Source: Eutreptiella sp. 'Long Island Sound 2002' (Eukaryota; Protista; Euglenida). Taken from it: a stretch of DNA of 64,000 nt. Positions 1 to 12,959 of this stretch are shown piece after piece (the first letter of the stretch is position 1; the number at the start of each line of letters is the position of its first letter). The translations under genes and the position numbers were made by a program. The stretch is from contig OZ038378.1 in NCBI GenBank assembly GCA_964036045.1, positions 188,914,001 to 188,978,000 of the forward strand, written 5' to 3'. The notes beneath the pieces are model-generated. The model had not been told where the DNA came from and ran no database searches. It saw only the letters and a list, made by a program, of their open reading frames with translations.

Positions 1-50
1 CCCCGGGGTAACCCCAACCTGCGATGGCTGTGGGGGTGGTGCCCTTTGCA

Positions 51-857
51 TTAAAGCCACTGATGGGCATACACCCCCATCGACCGAATCTTGCGGATCA
101 TCTGCAGACCCCTGTTCTTGCCAGCTTTGGTCTTTTGCAATTGTGGATGAGGCCCGAAGAACAGCTCATCGATCAAAGTTATGGTCTTCTGCTTGATCAA
201 GTGCGGTACAACCGTATACTCGGCGCCTTCGATATCCATTTTGCAGACCACAAAATCCGACCTCCGAAAGTTACGGGCCAAATAATCTGAAATATCGACG
301 GTCGGTATCTTGAACGCAGAGCCCACCAGATTCTTGGCCATCTGAGAGGAGAAATGGCTCGGCGTCGCCATGTCGGGGTTGACGAAGGTCATTGTTCCAT
401 TGGACACCCAAACCGCTTCTTTGTGCAGCTCGACCTCGGGATGGTCGTCGTACGACGCCCAGTATTTCTGCATGATCTCCCAGGCCTTGAACTTCATGGT
501 ATCAGCTTGGGGGTAGAAACGGAGAAACCACGCCGTCGAGCTCTCGTACGAGCGAGCCCCAAAGTTCAAGAACACACGCAGGGGGGCCTTGGAGATGTCG
601 ATGTGATTCGGCAAGCGCTGCTGCAACAGTAGGTCGCCCTTCGTCACCCACAAGGGCTTCAGGGCTTCGATGGGGATGGGATTCGAGCGGTTCAAGTAGT
701 CGGAGAAGGGTTCGACATGCTGCTCTGCGATGTCCCCAACAGCATAGGGCAGGAGCCCTAGTAACAGCAGGACCCACAAGAGCACCATCCGGCCTATGAC
801 ACTTTGCACATGGATGCCCCCAAAAAGCTGACACCTGGCGAAAGGGCGGCAAGCCAT
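51..857 (-). CDS. FkbM-family (Methyltransf_21-like) SAM-dependent methyltransferase-like protein with N-terminal hydrophobic signal/anchor; likely start at ATG 788
   Basis: 268-aa ORF with RVFLNFGA (motif I-like), AVWVSNGTMTF, IPTVDISDYL, FVVCKMDIEGAEYTVVPHL and IDELFFGPH, the typical FkbM pattern (KMDIEGAE). MVLLWVLLLLGLLPYAVG is signal-like. No intron within the ORF. Confidence 0.8.
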   Translation of the reverse strand: MACRPFARCQLFGGIHVQSVIGRMVLLWVLLLLGLLPYAVGDIAEQHVEPFSDYLNRSNPIPIEALKPLWVTKGDLLLQQRLPNHIDISKAPLRVFLNFGARSYESSTAWFLRFYPQADTMKFKAWEIMQKYWASYDDHPEVELHKEAVWVSNGTMTFVNPDMATPSHFSSQMAKNLVGSAFKIPTVDISDYLARNFRRSDFVVCKMDIEGAEYTVVPHLIKQKTITLIDELFFGPHPQLQKTKAGKNRGLQMIRKIRSMGVYAHQWL

Positions 858-3800
858 GGAACATTCAGTGAGGTCCCCAGAATCATGCGGATGCCTAGTG
901 CCCCAGACTGTGGGGTAAGTGTCGTGTGAGCGTTTGTAGTGTCACGCCGAGGCTTGTGCAAATGGAAAAAAATTAAACTTTTTTCGAATGCCAAAGCGCG
1001 CCCCCAAAAAAAATAACAGCTTGACAGACATTGGCGTGTTCATACCAATTTGTTCAAGGCGTCCTGAGAGCGCCACTGGCGTTGCTTGGACAGGGGGGCC
1101 GCAATGGTCAGGTGTGGACCCGCCACTTAGCTCCAGCCACGCCTGCCACACGGCCTTCATCGCCTTCTCAGTTCCATGATTGTGCTCGAGTCTCAGGATT
1201 TGTGCTTTCAGTTCATTCCCTCTCCTCCCTGAATGGGGCTAGGGCTGTCAGCACTCTACTGGGTTCGGGGCTTTATCGCCGAGGCTCTGATGTGGCGTGA
1301 GTTTGGGGCGTGGCTAATCAGTGTTCGACGTTGGCACGCCCCGGTCCTCTGGCATGCTTGCTGCTGCTGGCCCCGCAGGAAGGGGGGGGGGAGGCATCCC
1401 AGGTACCCCAACATATATACCTCAAAATGACCACCTTGTCACGCTGATCATTTTGAACACACACATGTGGGGCCTGCTGGGCAGATGGTACAATGCGCGT
1501 GGCGGCTCAGCCGCGTGATACTTGATGAATGAGGGCATAGGTCTGTTGGTGGGGACCTATCGCTGGACTTTCCACTGTTCTATGGCCAAACAACGCATAT
1601 GTCCCTGCGTCCCACCCCCTGAGCCCCAGACCCCCCCCCCCCCCGCCTTTGGGGGGCCAAAATGTTTAGGGGGTGTTGGGGTCCAGGGCTGCACCTGAGC
1701 GGACTCCATGCATGTTCAAAAATGTTTTATAACAAAAAAATTCTTCACCACATGGGGTTCCAGTCCAAACAGCCAGGTTTGGGGGGCTGGATGGGTGAGG
1801 TCAAAGGTCAAAAAAAATGCTATTGCCTATCAGCAAGGCACCTCGAAGAGGGAGGGAGCACAGTCGGTCAATCTGTCAGTGAGTCGCAAAGTCATTCCGA
1901 AGCCCCCCACCCCTGTTCAAACACCCAAACAGATTTCACATAAACCGAAAGGGTGAGTCTAAAAAGGTTCATAATATCATTGTTGCACTCCCCATTCCGC
2001 ACTCCCCATTCCAGGTTCTGCCATAGACCTTGTCTGGGACAACAAATGCACAGCTTCCCACCACTGCTAATGCATGATCCTTTGATTGCTTATGCCACAG
2101 CACTGTGTAGGCTGTATGTAGGTTGTAATTCTCGTTTCCCCTGTTTTCATTTTCAAAGGCAATACACAACGAAAAGCGGAGCAGAGGCACGTGACTGCGT
2201 CCAATCAGAGGTTGAATTGTATTTTTGGTATTTATCAGAGCTCTGGTGAAGCGTTGCATCCATTGCGGCGATTCGCTGAATGGCGTGCAAGGGCTCTGTG
2301 CCCTGAGGTCAAACCTGATGGTGAACTGTGCAGGACAAAGACGTGGTAAAAGTGCAAGCCAATAAAATGGTTTTCCACGCTCGTTGACTGTGGTTGACGC
2401 CAAAACTGACCTCCCAAACCAAAGCAAGCAACGGGCATGTACAAGGTCAATATCCGGGTCCATGTATCGAGTTTGAACCGGTTTCGCCTCTCCAGGCCTC
2501 CTCAGCAAAGAGACATGGCAAAAGGACATAGACACCCAATCCCTTTGTGGACATCATCTGGTAGGCGGTGAATCGGATGTGCCAAGGCCTGCCTCAAGCT
2601 GGTTGTGGTGGCGATGCAAGCGCATCGTGCAGGGCTGTCCAGCATGTTGAGGTTCTGTCAGCCAAGTCAGTTTCATGTCCATTGCTGGCTAGATACCAGG
2701 GATGGCATGAACGACAAAAAAACAATTGACAGCTTGCGATAGAAGAGGCTAGCATTCCCTCACAACCTCGCCCCTTTGCACAAGCATGGATTTGTCTGAG
2801 GGTAGTGAATGCATCTGAGCATCGTTTTTCTGACAGCAGTTTTGTAGTCCAGATTTTGAAACGACACGGACATAAACTGATTGCAGTGGGAAAGAGAGAC
2901 TGGGCCATGCATGTTGTAACCCCCCATTCTTTTGCCACCACCTCCCATTTCATGTGGTCCCACCCTGGGGTAGAGGGGGGGGTTGGGTTGGATTGGGTCT
3001 CAACTCACACCAAAGGTGGTGCTCCACAGTGCCAGTGTTGCCAGTGTTGCCAGTGTTGCTTTACCTCACCAGCTCGACTGGTTTCCACCTTGGCCGTGTG
3101 GTCTCACAGCCGCCGAGACTGCTGACGATCCCAGAACCTCACCAAGGCACCGGCGAGAGGGAGATACCGCCGTGCCTGTGTATATGTCATGCGCACCCCA
3201 GGGCCTGTGGAGGGTTCAGGGCACAGTAGCACATCAGCGTCTCAGCGTCTCCATCAGCCTGCGGTCCTACTGTTGGCATGTGGGGATCAATGGTATTGTT
3301 GGCATGTGGGGGGGGGGGGGGGGTTGTGTGTGCTCCGGGCCTAAGGATGCTGGGGGAGTCTGTGTCTTCCTCAAGCCCACGGCTGAACCCCAGAGGGGTG
3401 CATGGGGCATGTGGTTTGAGGCGCTCCTTGACTGACCTGGAGGGTCACAGGTGGCGCTGCACACTGTGGATGGAAGGTCTTGGGGCGTGCTGAGCACTTC
3501 CCTGCCGTGAGAGCACTCAAGGGAGCAGAGCTCCCGGTGAGCCTGCTGTGCCTTGGTCACCTCACACAAGACGGGACCTGGAGGGCTATGGCTGTCCAGG
3601 CATGGGTGGGTGTGTTGGGGTAGGAGTGGCATTGAGACAGCCTAGAACTTCCCTGGGCATGCCTCTCCAGGGATACTCACAGTGCCAACGCCATTGCTGT
3701 GAGCCCTCTTTGGCCATCACTGCTAGTCGGGCCAAGGGGGCACCAATTCTGCCGAGCCCCTCCTAGGTTGGGGGTGGGGGTCAGCGAGGGGCAAGTGTAG

Positions 3801-4262
3801 GGCCAGCGGTTGGGTAGGGAAGAAGAGGAAGGAGTTATCTTGCGCCCCTTTAGGGTCCCCGACCTTGTCTACATCTGTGGAGCGGGATGTGTTGGTGTGG
3901 TGGGCTAGGGATGTGAAGGGTAGAGGGCACTTGGTATGGCAGTGGTGTGCCTGCCCCTCACAGGCTGCACTCTTGGCCCTAGGGGGCAGCCAAGACTGGT
4001 GGCGGGTAGGACTGGCATGACATGGTAGATGGGGGGGCGGGGTCACCTTGGTGCATAGAGTTGGCTAAGATCAAGTGTAGCACCATGTACAGGACGGAGG
4101 GCACGGGCCTACTAAGGTCCAATATGCTATAAAGGAGGGCATCAGCCATTTTCGCTCATTGTTGTGTCCAATTGGGTATTAGGGCTAGGCTTGACCCATT
4201 GTTGGACTGGCGGATAGGAGCCCGAGCAGTCGCCGGCCTCTAATGCTGGACAAGTCTCAATA

Positions 4263-4885
4263 CCGTGCGAATCCTAATTATTTGCGGAATCCTAAGTTTT
4301 GCGTTGGGTGTTTTGAATTTTATTTGAGCAAAATTTTGCAGCAACACTTAAAACAGGGGGAAAAATATTTTTTTCTGCGATTTTTTTCTGCGGAACCCAT
4401 TTTTGCGGAGCGTATTGAGACAAAAGTTTTTTTTATTTTTGCGTTTCTTTTTGCGGAACCCATTTTTGCGAAGGGTCTGGGGTACCTTGGACTCTGGGAT
4501 TGCAGTCCAATCCTACACAGGCATACAAATGTTGATCATTTGGACTGTGGGATTGCAGTCCAATCCTAAGCAGGCATACAAATGTGGATCAGTTGAACTC
4601 TGGGATTGCAGTCCATAGCACAGACAAGCACCAACAATGTGGTCTGAGAAACAGAAGGGTGGGGGGGTGGGGCAACAAGCAGTGGGGCAAACACAGCATC
4701 CGTCCCGCAATTGTGGTATTTCTGCAAAGGGGCAAAAAAAATTTTGCAATTTTTTTTTGCGGAACCCATTTTTGCGAAGGGCACAAAGCCAAAAATTAAT
4801 TTTTTTTCCGTTTTTTATTTTTTGCGCAAAACAACACCTTGGACCGGGAATTAATTATTTCCGCAAATAATTAGGATTCGCACGG
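4263..4885. mobile_element. Non-autonomous Tc1/mariner (pogo-type) MITE
   Basis: Perfect 25-bp terminal inverted repeats CCGTGCGAATCCTAATTATTTGCGG (4263-4287 / 4861-4885), flanked by TA on both sides (4261-62, 4886-87). Inside are three roughly 53-bp repeats (GGGATTGCAGTCCA...) and three GCGGAACCCATTTTTGCG motifs. No ORF of note. Confidence 0.85.
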
Positions 4886-6790
4886 TACCCGGCCGCTTGC
4901 ACTGCAGATTATGTGGCTTCCGCTGTGCTAGCTCCCCAAGAGACTCGAGCTGTAATGCACCGAAGTATGAGCTGCCGACTGCACATGTCTGTCTTCTGGC
5001 AGTGAGTGCCTTGCCAATGGAATCCCTGGCGTCTGGGCCCACAACCTTGCGGTTGCCAGCCCCGTGCTTTGCCTTACTGAGTTGACAGGGTATCCCTCAT
5101 CTCGTTTTTAGAAGGGCAAGAGCCTTCTAAGGTCCAAGACACTCATTCACAAGGAAGGCTCGGCATTGCCAATACACATTGAAAGGACCTACAAATACAA
5201 GTACGCCATAACTCCTGCACTAGGTGGTGTTGTGAAGCATGCCGTTTTGCAAATTTTGTACATGAACACCGTCCCATGGTGTGGCTTAATGAGACAAGGG
5301 CACATCAAGGAGCACGAGGTAACTACCCCACCCCCCGCGAGAGCAACACCAAACTCCCAAAACTTGATGGCAACAATACCTACCGTTGCTATGATCTAGA
5401 GGGTATTTATAAAGGGCAAAGTAGGATTGGTTCCGAAAGTTGCAGAATCAACTCCTACTTTTGCTCTAACAAGGGCGTTCCTCTCGCAAAGGTTGGGAGC
5501 TAGGAGCAAGGAGGTGAGTCCTCTAATAATGCTCGAGCTACAAGTGGGAGCAAAAATCTAACACGTCTGCTTGCTGGGAGGTATAGTGAGTGATGCTACA
5601 CTGAAGGAACAGGTCACGTATCTCAGGCTCAGTAGCTTGGACCGGGGGATGTTGCTGAAAAGGGTTTGCCTTCCAATCTTGGAGCATTTTTTCAATGCAT
5701 AGGTCCTCTCGAACCTACAGAGAGGGCAACAAAGCACATAAACCAATTCAAATTGCAGCAACCTCTAGGCTCCCGGCAGTTTGTCCACAAGGTCCGTCTC
5801 ACAAAATCTTTCACTTTGTATGGCTCTCCTTGCTGTAAAAATGCTTGCCATACCTAGTCTGGTTGTCTGACCTCCACTTGCACATTTCGAGGTCTGCCTA
5901 CCCTAATAGCTGACAGCCCCCACCTTGTAAAGCCCTTTTGCAAACAAGGACGGACTTAGACTGCTACCGGGACTATGAAACGTCTTCCAACAATTTTGTG
6001 ATAGATAAGAAAACAAGTTGCCATCTATTCTCCAATGAATGAGAACACACAACACAATCCACCCACGTTACTGCACGGCACAGAAAGGCTTCACCACTAC
6101 CAAAAAATGCCCCGTGCTGCCCAAAAAGTCTCTAGATCAAGGAGAGCAAAAGCATGAAATTGTGATCTAATAACCGTTTATGGGGGGCAAATTTGGTGTG
6201 TGCGAGATTAGGCTAGGCAAATTTCTGAGTGGGAAAAGGCTGGCATCAATTGATGAACACCAATATGAAAAATGGATGCAAAGTGCCTGATTGGTGGTGC
6301 AACACAACACATGCGGGCAAAACATAGGGGGTTGTTGGTGTCATTCATTTTCGGAAACTAGGATCCTTCCCAGTGGGGTGCGGGGCTCCCCTCAATCCCC
6401 GATACCTGCCTCAAACAAAACTGAAAAGCAATGGAATGCACCACAGGGGAAAACCATTGTCTACCACACCTCGTCCTCGGCAGGAGTCACACCCAGCGCA
6501 AGCCCACAGACAGCTGACGGTCATTGAGGGAGTTGTCGCACCGCGCGCAACGCATGCATAACTATTAGTCGTCAAACACCAGTGAAGCATCCCAAGATGC
6601 ACCCACCCCAACAGCCCACAGAACCCCCAAAAAGGATAGTTAGAAGCACAAGACCTGTCTTCCCAGGTTTTTTTTCTGGTTGCCAATTCGTCTTGGAGGC
6701 TTCTAGGAAGTTTTGCTGTTTTCTGGCAGCCTCCTAATGATTTAGTTATGACCACAAGGCCCTTGGATGAACTACAATTATGTGCTGCCG

Positions 6791-6912
6791 CCTTCTGGAT
6801 GGTTGCTGTTTTTCTCATCGACGCTTCTGGGTGGTTGCTATTTTTTCCTGTGGCCTTCTGGATGGTCGTCGTTTTTTGCTACGGCCTTCTGGATGGCTCC
6901 TGTTTTTTCTTG
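6791..6912. repeat. Minisatellite, about 31-32 bp x4
   Basis: CCTTCTGGATGG recurs at about 6791, 6824 (variant), 6854 and 6885. Confidence 0.7.
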
Positions 6913-7765
6913 GTGTGTTCTGAATGGTTGCTCCACCGATGAAATGGCACACAATCATGCGTGATTGTCTTGCCATTGACCTCATACTGGAGGGGCCGAC
7001 AACAACTGCAGGAACTCTCTCCAATGTTATTGAACGATGATAGGTGACGCTGGTGTCAGAGACAACCAAGACAAAGACATGTTGTTTCAGCTGTGAGACA
7101 ACAAGAATTCAGTACCTACACCACCTCATGTTTAGACAGCAAAAACTTGGGTATATCTGCTGACCCACAGGGACCTGTGCCACCCACTAAGGATTGCTGT
7201 GCCCATTTGCTGCAGGTCCCACACGCGCGCCGCGCACACACTGTGGCAAGAGCGGCCTCATTTCCTGGCAATCTGCGGCACCGTTAGCACCAGATGCAGG
7301 CGTGAATGCCAATGCCAATGTCGCAATTTAATGTGCACTACTCCAGGAGGCCTGTGCCCAGCAGGCGACCACTGTCGGAGGGGCCACCCTGCACCATATG
7401 GGCGGCACCAAAACACGATGCGGCACTCCCAAGTGGTCCTTCTTAATACCCTGCAATCATAAGGGCAGGGGGGGAGCAACAGCCCCATTAGAGGCACTCC
7501 GCAGAACTACCGCCGCACTTTACACATCCAGGCGGTCAGCACTGGGACACCAGAGAAAGGAGTGGCCTGGCTTGCAGACAATCAGACCAGTGGTTGCATC
7601 ACTGGGCTGCTCATGAAAGAACCATAGTTCAAGTCCCAAGTGGCCGCAGAGGACGCAAGACTACGGATCCAGCAGCGGGGGAATAATTGCAATGGCACAG
7701 GGACTCTACTTCAACCTCTGCATCGATAGTTTTGTATAGATGTATGATATATAAGGTCTCTCTTC

Positions 7766-10734
7766 TTAGCTGCTTGCAGGAGTGGGATTCTGAGCGGCGA
7801 TGATCATGACCTCAAAGAGGATACCGGGCTTGGCCATCGGCGCCTGGACGCACGCGCGTGCCGGCTTGCAGGTGGGGTCCAACCACTCGATCCACGTCTT
7901 GTTCATGGCAGCGAAGTCCGCCATGTCTTTGATCCAGATGGTGGCGCTAAGGATCCTCCGCTTGCTGGACCTGTGATAGTGGCGCATGCCCATGTGCCGG
8001 GGGCGTGGTACCACCCCCTGATGGCAGTGATATCATATACGCAACTGTGAGTCCTGATCACTGAGCTGTAGGGCCAGTCATTCCAAGCATGAAGCCACAC
8101 GATGGGATTGGCACAGGGTGGGAGGTTGGTGGCCCATGGGGCAAAGTGGATCAAACCGCACAGGAAACGGGTGGTGTAAATGGCTTTGGATCAATCGTTA
8201 GCCGAGGGTCGTCATACACACACAACCACCCCACCCTCGGCCCCAAAATACGTCAATGCAAATCCCCCGCAACGAGGCAGATCCGGTGCCCCGCAATCCA
8301 CCCACCAACTGTCAGTTGGACTGCTATCAACTTATCAGACGGAGATGGGAGTCACAAAACACATTCAAAGCATAGAGTGGGACTACAGCACAGGAATCGC
8401 TTTCCCGAACTGTAGGTGCTGAGTCCCGGTTTAGTCTTTGGTCCCAATCACAAATTGCCAGATATGTATATGGAGCGCTCATCTAATTGTTTATGAACAC
8501 CAGCATCGATCACTCCATTGCTCGCTCTGCCCTTGGCTAGGGTCTCAGTGCGCTGTATTTTGTCTGCTCAACGGGCGTGCACACTACAAGGCACAGGTTT
8601 ATTGTCCACGAATTGTTCATAGGCTTTAGCTGGCAACCTCATTGGTCAAGCCCTAACCGTGGGAGTGCATGCATATGTACTCCTCACAACCTGCTACCCC
8701 TCACAAGTGGCTTACAGCTACATCTCTCAGTCGGCGCTCCCCACAGATATCATTTCATCAGTAGAAATATCAAGATCTTTGTCAAGTAGTGGCCGCAAAT
8801 CTCTGGCCGGACTATCTTGATCATCATCATGAGGATGGCGCCTCTTCTAGCGACTCAATTCCCTATAAACCCATTGCACTTCGTGTACATTCGGCCCTTG
8901 AGCGCTTAGACAAGGCCAGGCTGGTGCCTGAATGCATGGAGGGGGGTACGGCACCATTCGTCATGGCGCCCAATCACATCAAACCCAATTGAAATGGCTT
9001 GCACTCCAAAGCACGACGCTTTGGCGGGCAGAAGCAAGTGCCACGTGGGGGAGGGGGCACGAGCCTGGGGTGGGCAAGCGGAAAGTGCAGGCTGGCGGCA
9101 CCAGCAGGGCGGGTGGACGCCACGGGTGCGCGACAGGGTCCGGTGTATGTGGCAACAGGAAGGTGAGGACATTTTCCAAAACATGGTTGTGTGGGCGAAA
9201 CCAAGGGTTGAAGGCCCAAACGTTGGACAGGGCAAGGCAAACGGGGCCCGGTATTTGCAGCAGTGCAAATGCTCTGCACTGCACGCACACTGCATGCGCA
9301 CTGCGCGCAAAGGCATCCCCCTGAATGAACAAAACCGTTGGTGCTGCAGTCTGGGGCAGGCCTCTTGGTTGCTCGGGACCTCCCCCCTCCCCTTGACGTA
9401 CAAGCCCCCCCCCTTTTGCGCTTGGGATAGGGAGAGAAGAAAATTGCTCCAGGGGGTTGGGGGGGGGGGGCACGGAGGCCCATTTCCCACCCCCCCTCAC
9501 TCGTAGTCCGCCGTGCCGGGAGGGGGGGTTCGGCGCGGGGGGTGCCCTACCTGCCGTGCCCGGGGGAGGGGGGGGGGGGTTGGCCCCAACATATATGGCT
9601 CAAAATGATCCCCTCGTCGCGCTGATCATTTTGACTACACCTATGGGGGGTTGGGGTTGGTGGACAAAGCTTTTTCGGGCCAAAATTTGTGTTCCGGCGC
9701 CTTTGGCGGCAACATCCATCATTACACAAAACAAAGAGCCCGGCACGGAAGACCATTTCTCCAACCCCCCCCCCCCCGCCATCCTTCGCCGGGCGTCCGT
9801 CCCCCCTGGAGCAATTTTCACGAAGCCTAGCGCAGACGGCTCGGGAACCATGGCAGGCAGCGGGTGTATGATACACTGTACTGGGCGTCCCAGAACGGTG
9901 TACAATGGCCCCTGCCCCCCCCTCCCGTGTGAAACAGGGTAAATCTACTAAAGGTTCCGCCTACACCTTGGCTTAGCTCACCTGAATTGAGGCTTGACCC
10001 CCCTCTGACTCCGCCCTGTGGTACACTTCACACGTCAGATGTTATGGAGGGCACCCCAAATCTTGTCTTCCTTTGTGTCCCCACGCAAGATGGGCTAACA
10101 TCGCTGTCACTATATATTCCGGGCCACCAAACGGGCAAATGACAGCGGCACGGGGCCGTTGTGCTCAGCCAAGGCGGTGCTTGCGCAAGGGGGCGGGTGG
10201 AGAGAGAGCAACGGTCGGTTCTCATTGACTGAACGCCCCCCGCAATCGGCACTTTCAGCCGTAAGTCCAACATGTTGTATTCGATCGATCATGCGCCCAA
10301 CTCTGTGTACAGTCAGTAAGTGAATGACGTCACACAGCGTACCGGCAAAACCAAAGGCTGTCCTTGTTGGGCTGGGGGCGGGTGGGGGGGGGATGGGATA
10401 TTGCATCAGCATCGATGCGATTGGGAGTCAAACACGACGGCGCCAGAACAACGCAGCGATCCCGCCATGACCCGCGGCTGTGACTGAGACGACTCAAAAA
10501 ACAAAATGAGCAGGTCCAAAAACGTGAGGGTGGTGTGGCGCATGCACGAGGAGCTGGCGGCTCATACCCGGCCTGGGCAAGCAGGTCGTCGACCTTTGCC
10601 AATGTCTGTTGCGTTTGCGCAACGATATCGGACTCGTCGAGCTTTGTCAGGTCCGGCACTTGCCCAGACAAGTAGACGGTGCCGTTGTGGATGACAATGG
10701 GGCTCATGCGCGCGTCCTCGGAGGGGAAGCGCAC
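7766..10734 (-). CDS. Rid family (YjgF/YER057c/UK114) enamine/imine deaminase, Rid2/YoaB-like; exon 10568-(10734 or further upstream) plus exon 7766-7970
   Basis: Exon A reads [28 protein letters not shown]...[17 protein letters not shown]. Exon B reads [26 protein letters not shown]...KPARACV...LFEVMIIAA. They are joined by a canonical phase-2 intron, GG|GTATGAG...CACAG|G (10567-7971, 2597 bp). The conserved Arg in PARAC is present. The true start codon is unresolved. Confidence 0.9.
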
Positions 10735-12959
10735 GATGTCGGATTCTGAGGCAGAACGGAGGGTTCGTGGAAAGCGTTGCTTGTGGCTTTAGGCGCTGTC
10801 CTCATACTGCCCCCACCGGGTGACAGATTGCAAGGATAATGAAGGGAAGGGGGGGGGGGGGGCTGGCGGAGTGAATGAAAGACTTACGGTGTACATAGCG
10901 AAAACACATGTAAATCCGCATTCAGCGCTTGCAACCCAATGCAAATCGGTGGAACTGGTTGTGCATTGGTTCAAACTTCATGTCTTGCATCTGTGGTTTG
11001 GGTTTGACGCCTTTCGGCCCTGCATTGCAGATTGGCACCCCGTCTTTGCACCGCTTCATACGGACGCACAAACGGAATGGTGGTAGATGATGCCAATGGG
11101 GGGGGGGGGGCATTTTAAAGACCGCAATGTGCTTTAAATCAGAGCAAACCCACATTTGAGCGCCGAGCAAACTCCAATTGTGCACTGTTGCCTGCCCAGT
11201 TTTACGAAACAACTACACTACAGCAAAGCATTAATCTCTCGGCGGTCCTAACGATGGGATTTTATTGATGCCTACGCTATGAGTAGCTCAAACCCCTTCA
11301 ATGAGGTCAGTGAGACTGAGTGCCACCAACTGTGGCCCTAAGGGGGAAACGTGGGCGCTGGTTGCACTGCGCGGCAACGTACCAGCCTTTGTGGAACACT
11401 TCTTCCTCCGGGTAAAGGCATAAACAACGGTCATCTGGAATGGGCCCCGTGCAAAAAGTGTCTGAGCCGCTTTGCCGTGCAGCAGAGCCACACGAGCCTC
11501 TGTGGGGAACAGTTCGCCCCCGCCCCTCGGCCTTGTCCAAACAACACATAGGCGTTGTTTCCATCCAGTTTCGCAATTTGCGGCGTGCGATTGTTGCGGG
11601 TTTTGGCAGTGCATTTTTTCTGTCGTCGGAGATTTGTGTTCTGTGCTGTGTGGTCCATCTGAGTGGAGCTTGAAGACGGCCCCATTGACATTGGAGGCAG
11701 GCATACGAAAGAGGGACACCAGAACGGTCAGCGCAGGCAGCTGACCCATACCGCGTATGCACCCGTGGCGTTGGAAAGCCCAGCGAGTTGCACAAGGAGG
11801 CCGCTGAATAATGCACATGGCATACCCCTTCAGTAATTCAAACAAAATAAAAAAAAGGCCGGTGGAAAACAGATGTGGGGGGGGGGGGGGCAAGGAGCCC
11901 CTTTTCCAACCCCCCCCCCTTTGGCAGGGGCTCTTTGGGCAGGCTGCCAAAAAATGCCCCTTCTCTGACACCTGACACAGCCCTCTTTCTAGGGGGGGGG
12001 CTCTTTGGGATTGCCCATAGAGCGCCTTTCTCAGCCATTTTTGACCAAAAAACCTGGAAGCATCTGTGGTGGAACAAAATTTGTTGAAATGCATTGGTTG
12101 TTATCACAACGGTCCAGAAACTGGCAGTGACAGTGACAGTGCCAGTGACTTTGACAATGACAATGACAGCAATAGCGTGAGAGTGGCGGCGATCAAGACA
12201 AAACCCAATTCCCAGCATCCCAAGCCCTTGTGCGACACACTGCAGGAAACCACAGGCAAACAAAGGACGTTTATAAAGGCCCGTCCGAAGGAGCCCCTTT
12301 CTGCAACCCCCCCCTCCTCGCCCCCTGAACAATTTTTTTTTCACCATCAAAACGAATCGAGGTCTTGTTTGGGACGAATGACTGTGATCGCGTCCTCAAT
12401 GGCATGGTCACGACACCCGAAGTTCATGTTACTTGCATATCCGGGACCGCATACGAAGTCGGATTGTGACCGTAACGTGGCTTGCAAAGGCTCTACTTTG
12501 TTAAGGGTTGAGAGCCAGACTTCTTGTGCCTAGTTTGCCTGTGTAGTTGATGCCCGTGTATGTCTGGATACGTGCATCAGCATGCATCTTGCCTTTGGCA
12601 CGAAGTCTTGAATCCCAAGAAACTTTTGCCACCCGGGTCCCGACAGCCTGATGCAACAAGCTAGAAATGTGCAGTGCAGTTTCACAGCATAAAGGAAAAA
12701 CTGTGGGCCCAATCATGAGCCGAAGCCGGGCCGTAGACCCAGGTTCATGCCCGAAAAGATTTCAATCAAAGTACAAAGGACATCCCGAGCCCAGAGGTAA
12801 GAAGGGTGCAAACCTCCGGCAGGAGCGGCCATGATGGTTTAAAATCACCTATGAGTGATGGTAGACATCCAGCAATACAGCACCACATTCTCGCCAGATT
12901 CTAAACCCATTTAACAGGGTATCGGTCAAGTCATCTCAGTGACATGAGAGGGGAATGCC

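Noticed and set aside
1-50. GGGTAACCCC and GTGGTGCCCT motifs shared with 61740-62565
   Set aside because: Matches of about 10 nt in GC-rich sequence are too short to claim homology.
7979-10545. 11-nt direct repeat GTGGCGCATGC near both ends of the Rid intron
   Set aside because: It is offset from the splice sites and short; not distinguishable from chance without more examples.
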